From contig JBEULP010000059.1 in NCBI GenBank assembly GCA_041287245.1, positions 1 to 31,500 on the forward strand: 31,500 nucleotides of DNA, written 5' to 3'. The notes beneath the pieces are model-generated. The model did no database searches, was not told the origin of the DNA, and saw only the letters and a program-made list of their open reading frames with translations. Positions 1 through 9,351 of the stretch are shown here, piece by piece. This DNA comes from Infirmifilum sp. (GTDB lineage: Archaea > Thermoproteota > Thermoprotei > Thermofilales > Thermofilaceae). Numbering within the stretch: the first letter of the stretch is position 1; the number at the start of each line of letters is the position of its first letter. The position numbers were made by a program, and so were the translations under genes.

Positions 1-105
1 TTCCAGTTTTCCTGAAAAATGGATATCTCGTGTTCCTGTCAGAGCTACGTCCCGTAGGTTCGGGGCATCTTAGCATTTATAGCCTGCATCAATTCTAGTA
101 CCACA

Positions 106-1392
106 ATGGAAAGATCACGTCCAAATCCGGTGGACCTTGTCGTAGTAGGAAAAGCGCTTATAGGCGATACCATCGAAAACGTCGCTATAGCTGTCGACGA
201 GGGGTTCATAGTAAGTGTCACAACTCCTGCTTTAGCCCCGCAATCCGTTGCACGGGTAGAGTTTGGCGAGAAGTTCCTGATACTCCCCGGTATGGTTGAT
301 ATACACGTCCATATGCGTGAGCCGGGGCTGGAACACAAGGAGGATTGGAGGACAGGATCAAGGGCGGCTGCTAGGGGAGGCGTGACCCTTGTAGCCGACA
401 TGCCGAATAACAGGCCTCCTGCTAATACTTGCGAGCGGTTACGTGAAAAGCTTTCACGCGCTGCTTCTAAGTCTATCGTTGACTTTGCCTTCTACGCAGG
501 CTTTAACCCTGACCCAGAGGAGCTGGACCACTGTAGGGACTTGTTCATAGGCTTTAAGCTGTATCCCGAGGCCCTTTTTTCGCCAGGGGCTTCTAGTGTT
601 TTCTCGTACGCCAGTAGAAGCAACTTGCCTGTAGTGGTCCACGCCGAAGACCCGTCCCTCTTTAGAGATTCCGCTATCCACAGTGAGGCGAGGCCAGCGG
701 AGGCTGAGGTCTTGGCAGTGGAGTACGCGTTGAAGCTCGCGTTAAACACTAGAGCCTGGATCCACGTTACCCACCTTAGCACCCGGGCGGCTCTGAGGAG
801 GGTTTTAGATGCCAAGCTCTCCCAGGGGCTCAGGGTTACCTTTGACGTAACTCCACACCATGTATTCCTCACAGATGAGCTTTACAGGAAGGAAACGTGG
901 AGGATCGCAGTGGTAAACCCGCCCCTCCGCGGCGAGTCTGACAGAGCCTCGCTATACTCTGCCCTTAGAGGCATGCTCCCCGACGCTCTGGTCACAGACC
1001 ACGCTCCTCACCTTTTGGAGGAAAAACTTTCCCAGACACCGCCCCCTGGTTTCCCCGGCCTCGAGCTTGCACTACACTTGCTGCTCCGCGAGGTCCTAGC
1101 GGGGCGTATGAGTCTTGGTGTCTTGGGTTTGTACTCTCGTATGCCCGCGAGGCTCTTAGGGGTTAAGAAGGGCGTTATAGCGCCTGGATTCGACGGAGAC
1201 ATCACTGTTGTTGCCCTGGAAGACTGGGTTGTCAAGGGTAGCGAGCTTGAGTCGAAGGCTAAGTACACCCCCTTTGAGGGCTGGGTTCTCCCCACGAAGA
1301 CCTACGCTGTTTATATCCGCGGCGAACCCGTTTATATGGCTGGACAATTCATGGTGGATAGAGGTGGAAGACTTGCCGTCCCTAGAGGTTAA
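106..1392 (+). CDS. pyrC: Dihydroorotase (amidohydrolase superfamily)
   Basis: PGMVDIHVHMREPG (HxH metal motif), GGVTxxxDMPN, VHAED, HVTH, VNPPLR, TDHAPH; adjacent to pyrD. Confidence 0.93.
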   Translation: MERSRPNPVDLVVVGKALIGDTIENVAIAVDEGFIVSVTTPALAPQSVARVEFGEKFLILPGMVDIHVHMREPGLEHKEDWRTGSRAAARGGVTLVADMPNNRPPANTCERLREKLSRAASKSIVDFAFYAGFNPDPEELDHCRDLFIGFKLYPEALFSPGASSVFSYASRSNLPVVVHAEDPSLFRDSAIHSEARPAEAEVLAVEYALKLALNTRAWIHVTHLSTRAALRRVLDAKLSQGLRVTFDVTPHHVFLTDELYRKETWRIAVVNPPLRGESDRASLYSALRGMLPDALVTDHAPHLLEEKLSQTPPPGFPGLELALHLLLREVLAGRMSLGVLGLYSRMPARLLGVKKGVIAPGFDGDITVVALEDWVVKGSELESKAKYTPFEGWVLPTKTYAVYIRGEPVYMAGQFMVDRGGRLAVPRG

Positions 1393-2287
1393 CCTGGCCT
1401 CCCTGAGGCTACCCAACCCGACGGTTCTAGCCTCAGGCATCCTCGGCACGAGCGCCAGCCTCGCGAGAAGGGTCGAGGAGGCGGGCGCGGGGGCTATCAC
1501 CACCAAGACGATAACGCTCGAGCCTAGAAAAGGGTATGAAAACCCAACTTTCGTGGTGCTTGAGCACGGATTTCTCAATGCTATAGGGCTGGCCAACCCT
1601 GGCGTCGATGCGTTTTGCTCTGAGCTTCGCCTAATGGCTGAAACTCTTAAAGTACCAGTCGTACTGAGCGTCGGCGGGGGGCAGCTCGAAGAGTTTGTAG
1701 GGGTAGCTTTGAAGGGGGCTGGGTGTGGGGCAGACGCAATCGAGCTTAACGTTTCCTGCCCTCACGTCAAAGGAATGGGAGCGGAGGTGGGTGAAAGCCC
1801 TAGGCTTGTCGCTGAGATAGTCAGGGCTGTACGCGACGCCACAAACCTACCTGTTTTCGTGAAGCTTTCCCCGCACCACGACTACCTGAAGGTTGTGTCA
1901 GCCGCGCTCGAGGCAGGCGCCAGCGGGTTTACAGCTATAAATACGGTTAGGGGGATGGCGATAGACATCTACGCTAGACGTCCCATATTGAGCAACAGGT
2001 TTGGCGGATACTCGGGCCCTGCGATTAGACCCATAGCTGTGAAGATCATCTACGACATCTACGAGATGTTTAGTGACACGCCGATCATTGGGGTGGGGGG
2101 TGTAGACTCTTGGCAGTCGGCAGTGGAGATGTTGCTAGCTGGTGCCACGGCCGTCGGAGTCGGCTCGGGACTAGCTTTGAAGGATCTAGCGCTCTTCAGA
2201 GAAATAAACGAGGGCATTTCCGAGTACCTTGAAAGAGAGGGGTTTGGCTCTGTAAGAGAAATTGTAGGCATCGCTCACCGTAGTTGA
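1373..2287 (+). CDS. pyrD: Dihydroorotate dehydrogenase, family 1 catalytic subunit
   Basis: PNPTVLASG, TKT, NAIGLANPG, ELNVSCPH (catalytic Cys), VKLSP, INT, GGYSGPAIRP, IIGVGGV. Start moved from ORF-track 1208 to TTG at 1373 after GAGGTGG (1361-1367); overlaps pyrC end. Confidence 0.92.
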   Translation: MPSLEVNLASLRLPNPTVLASGILGTSASLARRVEEAGAGAITTKTITLEPRKGYENPTFVVLEHGFLNAIGLANPGVDAFCSELRLMAETLKVPVVLSVGGGQLEEFVGVALKGAGCGADAIELNVSCPHVKGMGAEVGESPRLVAEIVRAVRDATNLPVFVKLSPHHDYLKVVSAALEAGASGFTAINTVRGMAIDIYARRPILSNRFGGYSGPAIRPIAVKIIYDIYEMFSDTPIIGVGGVDSWQSAVEMLLAGATAVGVGSGLALKDLALFREINEGISEYLEREGFGSVREIVGIAHRS

Positions 2288-2471
2288 GCCTCATTTCCTC
2301 ATCCATGTGATGAACAACAGTCTAAAGTTATAGTAAGTTTTCCTAGCCTATCTTTGGCAATAATCTAAATTAAACCTCAAATATTATAAAAAATAAAAAA
2401 GTTTTCAAAGGGATAATTTTTCGCTGCAATACATTTACACTTTTCTAAAAGTCTAAAATTGGCATTCCCAG

Positions 2472-2717
2472 CTAATCAATTTTCTCGATTGTTATCGCAC
2501 TAACCGGGCATATGTCAGCCCCCGACCTGGCGCACCCGTAAAGTTCTTCGGGAATTTCGCCGATAGATATGCCATCATCTGTTTTAACGGAATACTTCTC
2601 AACAACCCTGTTTTTTCCATTGTCACGCCCCAGTTCAAAAACTTCGGGACAGGCGGCGGGGGCGGCGCCGCATGAGAGGCATGCTGCCCTATTTATGACG
2701 ACACGGTATCTGCTCAT
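2472..2717 (-). CDS. Small monocluster-type ferredoxin (81 aa) with atypical cluster motif
   Basis: MSRYRVVINRAACLSCGAAPAACPEVF...CARSGADICPVSAITIE resembles archaeal single-cluster ferredoxins; start at ATG 2717 rather than 2807. Confidence 0.85.
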   Translation of the reverse strand: MSRYRVVINRAACLSCGAAPAACPEVFELGRDNGKNRVVEKYSVKTDDGISIGEIPEELYGCARSGADICPVSAITIEKID

Positions 2718-2935
2718 ATCTTCCTCGTGATTTACTTGCCTAAATGAAATAAATATCTTTATAAATATCATTTTGAATTTATTAACTATCAGGTAAGGTC
2801 TTTTCACTTCTAAACCACGAAAGCTAAGCTATGCATGCAAATATGATTATAGAATGAATGATTAACTAGTAGTACGAGAGGCAAGTAGGGCGTCCTAGGA
2901 GGAAAAACATTTTATTGGTAGCGTCTGATATAGAT

Positions 2936-4606
2936 ATGCACACAAGGTATGTATTCGTTACGGGCGGGGTTGTTAGTGGATTAGGAAAGGGTATCGTAAC
3001 AGCCTCGATCGGTAAGCTGTTCCAGCTCCGTGGCCTTAAAGTTGATGTGATGAAGGCTGACCCTTACTTGAATGTTGACCCAGGAACCCTAAACCCCGTG
3101 GAGCACGGAGAGGTATTTGTCTGTGAAAACATATGGGAGTTCGAGCCGGCACCAGGCTACAAGTTCAATATCGCGGAGATCGACCAGGATTTCGGTTCAT
3201 ACGAGCGTTTTCTGGATGTGAACATGCACCCCTCTAACAACATTACGTCCGGGCAAGTTTACCTTGCAGTTATCTTGCGCGAGCGGGCAGGTATCTATCT
3301 AGGGAAGACTATACAAGTTATTCCACATATAACAGATGAGATTAAGAGCAGGATAAGGGCTGTGGCGGAAAGATCCAAGCCTGATGTTCTCCTCGTGGAG
3401 GTTGGGGGAACCGTTGGGGATATCGAGGCTATGCCGTTCCTCGAGGCTATCAGGCAGTTCCGGCTTGAGCAGCCTCCGGGGACTACTGCGCTTGTACACG
3501 TCACACTCATACCCTATCTCTCGAGCGTGGGCCAGCTGAAGACAAAGCCTACGCAGCACAGCGTTAAGGAGCTGCAGAGTATGGGTCTGCAGCCCGACGT
3601 GATAATTGGGCGCTCCGACCGGGAACTCCCTGAGGACGTCAAGAGGAAGATAAGCCTGTACTGCAACGTGCCGGCAGAAGCCGTTTTCTCAGACCCAGAT
3701 GTAGACCCGGTTTATAGTCTCCCACTCCTCTTTGAGAAGCAAGGCTTAGGTAGGTATCTCAGCAGGCTCCTGGGTTTTCCCGAGGAGCCGATACCAGAGA
3801 AGAGGGACAGTTGGGAGAAAACAGCTAGCCAGTTCTTGAATTTTAGAGAGGAGGTTCATATAGCTATGCCTGGAAAGTACACTATGATCCAGGACAGCTA
3901 CATTAGCATCAACGAGGCTCTGCTTCACGCTGGTGCTTCTCTAGGAGTAAGGGTGAAGAGGCTGTATATCGAGGCAGAGGAATTCGAGAAAGAACCTGAG
4001 AAGGTTGAGGAGACTCTTGCTTCAGTAGACGGGATACTTTTAACTCCAGGTTTTGGGGCGAGAGGAGTTGAGGGGATGATACACTCGGCGAGGTTCGCCA
4101 TAGAGCGGGGGAAGCCTTTCCTCGGGATTTGCTTCGGGGCACAGCTTTTATTTGTGGCTTTCATGAGGTATGTTGCTGGTCTGAGCGGGGCTCACTCCAC
4201 CGAGATCAATCCTCAGACGCCTCACCCCGTGGTAGACCTTCTACCGGAACAGAAGGGCACGATGTTAAAGGGTGGCACGATGAGGCTTGGAGCTCATCCC
4301 GTGAAGATAAAGAGGGGTACTAAGCTGTACGAGGCTTACGGTGAAGAGCTTGTCATGGAGAGGTTTAGGCACAGGTACCACATAAACCCCGCCTACATGA
4401 AGCTAGCTGAGGAAAAAGGCATGATAGCCTCCTCCACCGATCCGTCTGGACGCATAGTAAACTCTATCGAGATGCTTGGCGACTCGTGGATAGTTGGTGT
4501 TCAATTCCACCCAGAGTTTAAGAGTAGACCAGGGAGGCCCTCTCCTATTTATCGAGCTTTCATAGAGGCGGCGTTGAAGCATAGGAAAGCGGCCTTGCAG
4601 GCTTAG
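2936..4606 (+). CDS. pyrG: CTP synthase
   Basis: YVFVTGGVVSGLGKG, DPYLNVDPGT, HGEVFV, EVGGTVGDIE, KTKPTQHSV, glutaminase GICFG and QFHPEF, ERFRHRY; likely start ATG 2936. Confidence 0.96.
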   Translation: MHTRYVFVTGGVVSGLGKGIVTASIGKLFQLRGLKVDVMKADPYLNVDPGTLNPVEHGEVFVCENIWEFEPAPGYKFNIAEIDQDFGSYERFLDVNMHPSNNITSGQVYLAVILRERAGIYLGKTIQVIPHITDEIKSRIRAVAERSKPDVLLVEVGGTVGDIEAMPFLEAIRQFRLEQPPGTTALVHVTLIPYLSSVGQLKTKPTQHSVKELQSMGLQPDVIIGRSDRELPEDVKRKISLYCNVPAEAVFSDPDVDPVYSLPLLFEKQGLGRYLSRLLGFPEEPIPEKRDSWEKTASQFLNFREEVHIAMPGKYTMIQDSYISINEALLHAGASLGVRVKRLYIEAEEFEKEPEKVEETLASVDGILLTPGFGARGVEGMIHSARFAIERGKPFLGICFGAQLLFVAFMRYVAGLSGAHSTEINPQTPHPVVDLLPEQKGTMLKGGTMRLGAHPVKIKRGTKLYEAYGEELVMERFRHRYHINPAYMKLAEEKGMIASSTDPSGRIVNSIEMLGDSWIVGVQFHPEFKSRPGRPSPIYRAFIEAALKHRKAALQA

Positions 4607-4658
4607 CTTAAAAGCTTTGCTCTAATTCGTTAAATATAGTTTTAAGAGTTTCTTTCTT

Positions 4659-6806
4659 ATGAGTGGAGCTGAGATAAACTATAAGGCTGCCTTGAAGCGG
4701 GAGGCTTTACCTGAGGCTCCTCCGGTCTCCGATAGTGTTTCCCTGGCTCTCTACGCTGCCCTTAAGGGGTATCCTGACCTCGGAGCGGATAACTTGTTGA
4801 ACCCGGCTCTACGAGAAAAATACGCGGAGGTTATTGGCTCTGTTGACAGGCGTGCCCACCTGGCTATGCTAAGGGCTCTTAATGATGGGGACAACTTGAG
4901 GGCCCTCAGGATATACCTTCTCATCGGAGAGATGGGGCTAAACACTATTGGATTAGAGATGCATTGGGCAGGTGTACCACTTGCGGAGAGGGAGAGGGCC
5001 TTCGAATTTATACTGAGTGAGGCTCGAGAGCTCGAGAAGATGGAGGCTGAAAAGCTTGGAGGTGTTGGCATAGCCAGCGAGGTCGTGAGGGGGTACTTAG
5101 AGGATATGAAGAAGGTGATGTCAAGCAACCCGAAAACCAAGAGCCTTGTTTCCTGGATTTCAGATGAAGCCTCAAAACACATCGATAGTAATCATCCGCT
5201 CTCAAGCTTTTTATCAGCTATGAGAAGAATACTCGAGGAAAACGCTTATTATAAGATGACATTGAGTGGTCTGTGCCGGTTTGGAAACGATTATGCTTTG
5301 GGCTTAAGGTGGCTACGGAGACTCGGCTTTGTACAGGTTTCTACCAACCCCGTCTTAGCAGCCGAGGCTTACAAGGATGACCCTTCGCTCTGGGATAATT
5401 ACCTGGAGTACGTGCAGAGGCACCTAGAGCTTGCTGAGAATCCAGGTGGTAACGCGGACCTGCTGGCTATGACTGCAACCCTTCTAGTCTTAATACCGAA
5501 CATGGAGGTGCTCAGGCCCGTCGCATTCCTCTTAGACTTCAAGGACGGAATGGTCAGCTACCAGCTTAACCCTAACGTGGCTGATAGCGTGGAGGGAAGT
5601 GTTTCTGATGCTTTAAAGATCTATACTATGGCGGAAGAGTATTTCACGAGATATGACTCCTACCTTTTATGGGGATGGCCGAGAAGCACAGAGATCGGTA
5701 GGCCCAACCTTGTCTTCAAGGTTGCTGGAAGCAGTGAGGCTTCACTGGCTATCACAAGGATTTTGGAGAGCCTGGGCATCGGTACTAACAACACGGTGAC
5801 CTTCAGCGTTTCCCAGGAGGTAAGCCTTATTCTTGAGAAGATTGCGGGAAGGGCAGCGGCGGTAAAGAGGGGGGTAAAGCCTACAAAGGTTTATGAGACG
5901 AACATGGGTGGAAGATTAGAGGCGCATCTCAGAGAGGTTAAGGCTGCCGAGCTTATAAAGACAGCCCTCACGTTATACAACGATCCTGAGAGGGAGCTAT
6001 TCGGCCTCGCTAAAAGACTAGGCGTTCCTGTCAATGAGCCAACGGGAAGCTGGCTGGGACCCTCGGGGTGGGGTTATGATATAACCGCCTCTAACCTCGA
6101 AGAAAAGGTTCAACTTGTAGCTAGCCAGGCTTATATCAGGTCCCTTGTTAACGAGGCTCTGGTCGACTTCTTAGCAGGCGCTGGTGTCTGTGGTGCTACC
6201 AAGGATGAGGTAAGGGCTTGTCTTGAGGCTTGGGAGCGGGCGATATCCCTCAGCGGGACGTTTATTGCCCAGAGAGTGTGGCACATATTCTTCGAAGAGG
6301 AGAATAGGAGGAAGTGGATAGGGTATATAATGAGGAAATACGGGTTGACCCCTAAACAGGCGGAGGAGGTGCTGGACGGTATTGATGTCCTGCCGGCCTC
6401 TAAGCGGAGACCCAATGATACTTATTACACGCTAAGCAGCCGGAATATGACAAACACGGAGTTCCCGAACCACCAGCTCAACGTTCATCTCGAGTATAAG
6501 AACGGTAAGGTTCGGCTAGAAGAGTATAGGGAGGCTATAAGTGTCCTCTGGGGCGCCGAGCAGCTCAACCTTCTTCTAAAGATGGCTGAGTTCAGGAGAG
6601 CCTACGAGCTTACGAGTGATTTACTCGAGAGGCTGAGGGAAGCTGGTTTTAGGGACGTAGAAGCTTTCGGCGAAGGTGGTCTCAGAGTGGAAGAGTGGCC
6701 TGTCTTCGGGCCCGGGGTGAAGACAATGAGGGGTTTTACTGAGGCGTATAATAGGTTTAGGGATGAGTGTGTGCAGCGACTGACCGCGGTGAGGCATAGG
6801 TCATAG
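4659..6806 (+). CDS. Long transaldolase/fructose-6-phosphate aldolase-fold protein (715 aa)
   Basis: STNP, GMVSYQLNP, PNLVFKVA (Schiff-base Lys), GIGTNNTVTFSVSQ, GGRL motifs in the order of class I transaldolases; about 200 aa extra N-terminal helical region. Confidence 0.75.
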   Translation: MSGAEINYKAALKREALPEAPPVSDSVSLALYAALKGYPDLGADNLLNPALREKYAEVIGSVDRRAHLAMLRALNDGDNLRALRIYLLIGEMGLNTIGLEMHWAGVPLAERERAFEFILSEARELEKMEAEKLGGVGIASEVVRGYLEDMKKVMSSNPKTKSLVSWISDEASKHIDSNHPLSSFLSAMRRILEENAYYKMTLSGLCRFGNDYALGLRWLRRLGFVQVSTNPVLAAEAYKDDPSLWDNYLEYVQRHLELAENPGGNADLLAMTATLLVLIPNMEVLRPVAFLLDFKDGMVSYQLNPNVADSVEGSVSDALKIYTMAEEYFTRYDSYLLWGWPRSTEIGRPNLVFKVAGSSEASLAITRILESLGIGTNNTVTFSVSQEVSLILEKIAGRAAAVKRGVKPTKVYETNMGGRLEAHLREVKAAELIKTALTLYNDPERELFGLAKRLGVPVNEPTGSWLGPSGWGYDITASNLEEKVQLVASQAYIRSLVNEALVDFLAGAGVCGATKDEVRACLEAWERAISLSGTFIAQRVWHIFFEEENRRKWIGYIMRKYGLTPKQAEEVLDGIDVLPASKRRPNDTYYTLSSRNMTNTEFPNHQLNVHLEYKNGKVRLEEYREAISVLWGAEQLNLLLKMAEFRRAYELTSDLLERLREAGFRDVEAFGEGGLRVEEWPVFGPGVKTMRGFTEAYNRFRDECVQRLTAVRHRS

Positions 6807-6912
6807 CCTGCGAGGTATTAAGAGAGGTTATGAAACCAGATATATTAAAGAGGTTTGGGGCAATTTATATAAATAGAAAATGAGCAGTGTTTAGTTGAGG
6901 TGGAGGTTCAGG

Positions 6913-8004
6913 ATGGCTCGTGTAGCTGCTAAGGATCTAGTTAAGAGGTTTGGTAAGGTTGTCGCCGTTGACCATGTTACTTTCGAGGCTAGAGACGGAG
7001 AGTTTCTGGTGCTCCTCGGGCCTAGTGGCTGCGGCAAGACTACTACTCTTAGAATAATCGCCGGCCTTGAGACCCCTGACGAGGGAGAAATCTACATTGG
7101 CGAAAAGCTTGTCAACGATCTGCCCCCCAAGGACAGGGATATTGCGATGGTCTTCCAGAACTACGCCTTGTACCCCCACATGAAGGTCTACGATAACATT
7201 GCCTTTCCACTACGCGTTAGAAAGGTTCCCCGTGAGGAAATAGATCAGCGTGTTAAGGAGGTTGCAAAACTGCTGCGAATAGAGCAGCTCCTCGACAGGT
7301 ATCCACGCCAGCTAAGCGGCGGGCAACAGCAGAGGGTGGCTCTAGGCCGCGCGTTGGTTAGAAAGCCGCAGGTATTCCTGATGGACGAGCCTCTAAGCAA
7401 CCTAGACGCTAAGCTGAGGGTTTACATGAGGGCGGAGCTTAAGAGGCTCCAGCGGGAGCTCGGGATAACCACGATCTATGTGACTCACGACCAGGCTGAG
7501 GCGCTGACAATGGCTGACAAGGTCGCGGTTATGAACGAGGGTAGGATAATGCAGCTCGCCGAGCCTTCGGAACTATACTATAGGCCCGCTAACACCTTTG
7601 TAGCCGGCTTCATAGGCGCCCCCGCCATGAACTTCATCGACGCGTCACTGAATAGGAGCGACGGCGGATTTATCATAGACACGGGCGTTTTCAAGATCCC
7701 CCTGCCCGGCGACTTTACGCGGATCCTAGAGGAAAAGGGAAGCCCCTCCGAGGTAATCTTCGGGATTAGGCCGGAGCACATCGAGGTAAGCCGTGAGCCG
7801 CTACCGGATGGATTCGAAGTCGAGGTGTTCGTAACAGAGCCACTGGGGTCTGAGACGATAATCGACTTTAGACATGGAGATAGCCTTGTAAAAGCAAAGT
7901 ATCCAGGGTATTTCGATGCCAGGCACGGCGAGAAGATCTGGGTGCGTTTCAAGATCAACGAGGCACATATCTTCGACAAGAAGACGGGAAACACTATCAT
8001 CTGA
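6913..8004 (+). CDS. malK: Sugar ABC transporter ATP-binding protein (MalK/MsmX family)
   Basis: GPSGCGKT, MVFQNYALYPHM, LSGGQQQRVALGRA, DEPLSNLDAKLR, YVTHDQ, FVAGFIG, GIRPEH, C-terminal OB domain; ATG 6913 after GGAGG. Confidence 0.93.
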   Translation: MARVAAKDLVKRFGKVVAVDHVTFEARDGEFLVLLGPSGCGKTTTLRIIAGLETPDEGEIYIGEKLVNDLPPKDRDIAMVFQNYALYPHMKVYDNIAFPLRVRKVPREEIDQRVKEVAKLLRIEQLLDRYPRQLSGGQQQRVALGRALVRKPQVFLMDEPLSNLDAKLRVYMRAELKRLQRELGITTIYVTHDQAEALTMADKVAVMNEGRIMQLAEPSELYYRPANTFVAGFIGAPAMNFIDASLNRSDGGFIIDTGVFKIPLPGDFTRILEEKGSPSEVIFGIRPEHIEVSREPLPDGFEVEVFVTEPLGSETIIDFRHGDSLVKAKYPGYFDARHGEKIWVRFKINEAHIFDKKTGNTII

Positions 8005-8036
8005 AAAACTATTTTTACCCAGTTTTCTTTCTTGTT

Positions 8037-8672
8037 GTGGAGAATAGTGTGAAAAAAATCTCTGTTGTCAGCTTTGACCTCGACGGAACCCTTGTTACGC
8101 GTGAATACGTTGATTTCTTCTGGCTTGAGCTAGTCCCTAAATTATACGCCGAGAAACACGGGTTGGAAATAAAGGAGGCTAAGAGGAAAGTCTACGCCTA
8201 CTACGATGAGGTCGGCCCGGGGGATGTGCGATGGTACATGCCTAACTATTGGTTCAAGCGGTTTGGGATAGAAGAGTCTCTCAACTACGCGTTAACGGAG
8301 TCCGCGAAGATGATAAGCCCTTACAGTGACGCTGTCGAAGTGGTTGCCGAGTTAAGGAAGAAATATACACTCGTCTTGAGCACGGCCGCTGCTAGAGAGT
8401 TCGTGAACCTGGTTTTTCAAAGCGTACCTATCTATCGGGAATCATTCAAGCTGGTATTCTCGTCCTCATCGGACTTCGGCTTGCCTGGTAAGCCCCCAGA
8501 TTTTTACCGGAGGATACTTAAGGCACTGGGGAAAGAACCGAGCGAGGTAGTTCACGTGGGAGACGATGAGGAAAACGATTTAAAGAATGCCGTATCCGTG
8601 GGCTTGACAGCTGTGCTCGTATCAAGGAGTTTAAACCAAGACCTGAAAACCCTGCTTGATGGAATCTTATAG
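8037..8672 (+). CDS. HAD-superfamily hydrolase
   Basis: FDLDGTL motif I, LST motif II, GKP motif III, HVGDDxxND motif IV. Confidence 0.88.
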   Translation: MENSVKKISVVSFDLDGTLVTREYVDFFWLELVPKLYAEKHGLEIKEAKRKVYAYYDEVGPGDVRWYMPNYWFKRFGIEESLNYALTESAKMISPYSDAVEVVAELRKKYTLVLSTAAAREFVNLVFQSVPIYRESFKLVFSSSSDFGLPGKPPDFYRRILKALGKEPSEVVHVGDDEENDLKNAVSVGLTAVLVSRSLNQDLKTLLDGIL

Positions 8673-8710
8673 AACTTTACGTCACTATATTCTCTAAACT
8701 CTATCCTGTG

Positions 8711-8730
8711 TCCACCCATCTACGGGTGGA
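8711..8730. terminator. GC-rich hairpin between convergent genes, possible terminator
   Basis: TCCACCC-ATCTAC-GGGTGGA, 7-bp perfect stem, between convergent stops at 8672 and 8797. Confidence 0.35.
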
Positions 8731-8796
8731 TCCGCTGAGTTGTTAACCGCCCCTTGTTTTTTAAACTCAAAGGTAAAACAGCTCATTGAAATAACG

Positions 8797-9336
8797 TTAA
8801 AATGCTACGTAACTGTCACCGCCGACATGGAAGAGTGGTTTAGCCTTTTCGAGAATGTATGTATTGTTACCCCACACTTCTTGTAGTACAAGGGCTTTGA
8901 GAACCTGCCCTACCACCAGAACGTGATCCCCCGCTGGATACTGAGACCAAACCCTACACTCTATACACGCCAACGCGCCATCTATACAAGGAGCCGAGAC
9001 AGTTTCAGCTTGGATAAGCTTAATGCCTGCTCTCTGAACCTTGTCCTCCTCGCGTCCCGATACCGAGCCTGTATACTCAACCAGCTCAAGCATTTCCCGT
9101 GAGACAGGGTTTACGGTGAACTCTCTCGATTGCTGAAGAACCTCGTACGTGTATCGTCGAGGGGATAAGGCTAATGTTACCAGAGGAGGGGTAACGCTGG
9201 TAGGGGTGACCCAGCTAGCAGGCATCACGTTAACTCTTCCCGACTTAAGGGAGGTGACTATTAGGGTGACGAGCTTAGGGTGGAGAAGCCTGGTGTGCCA
9301 GTTTAGATTTACCTCAACATATCTATTTTTCGACAT
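8797..9336 (-). CDS. Flavin reductase-like protein (FMN-binding split barrel, DIM6/NTAB type)
   Basis: NVMPASW, PPLV, EFTVN, GSVSGRxxDK, IECRV, GDHVLVVGQV. Confidence 0.88.
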   Translation of the reverse strand: MSKNRYVEVNLNWHTRLLHPKLVTLIVTSLKSGRVNVMPASWVTPTSVTPPLVTLALSPRRYTYEVLQQSREFTVNPVSREMLELVEYTGSVSGREEDKVQRAGIKLIQAETVSAPCIDGALACIECRVWSQYPAGDHVLVVGQVLKALVLQEVWGNNTYILEKAKPLFHVGGDSYVAF

Positions 9337-9351
9337 GACAAAACAAGTGAG

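Noticed and set aside
1..105. Possible partial gene at the window start
   Set aside because: Several short open frames on both strands, none with a recognisable motif; cannot be assigned
1208..1372. N-terminal extension of pyrD in the ORF track
   Set aside because: Overlaps pyrC by 185 nt; homology starts near MPSLEVNL, where there is a good ribosome-binding site
2718..2807. 30-aa N-terminal extension of the ferredoxin
   Set aside because: AT-rich promoter-like sequence; family similarity begins at ATG 2717
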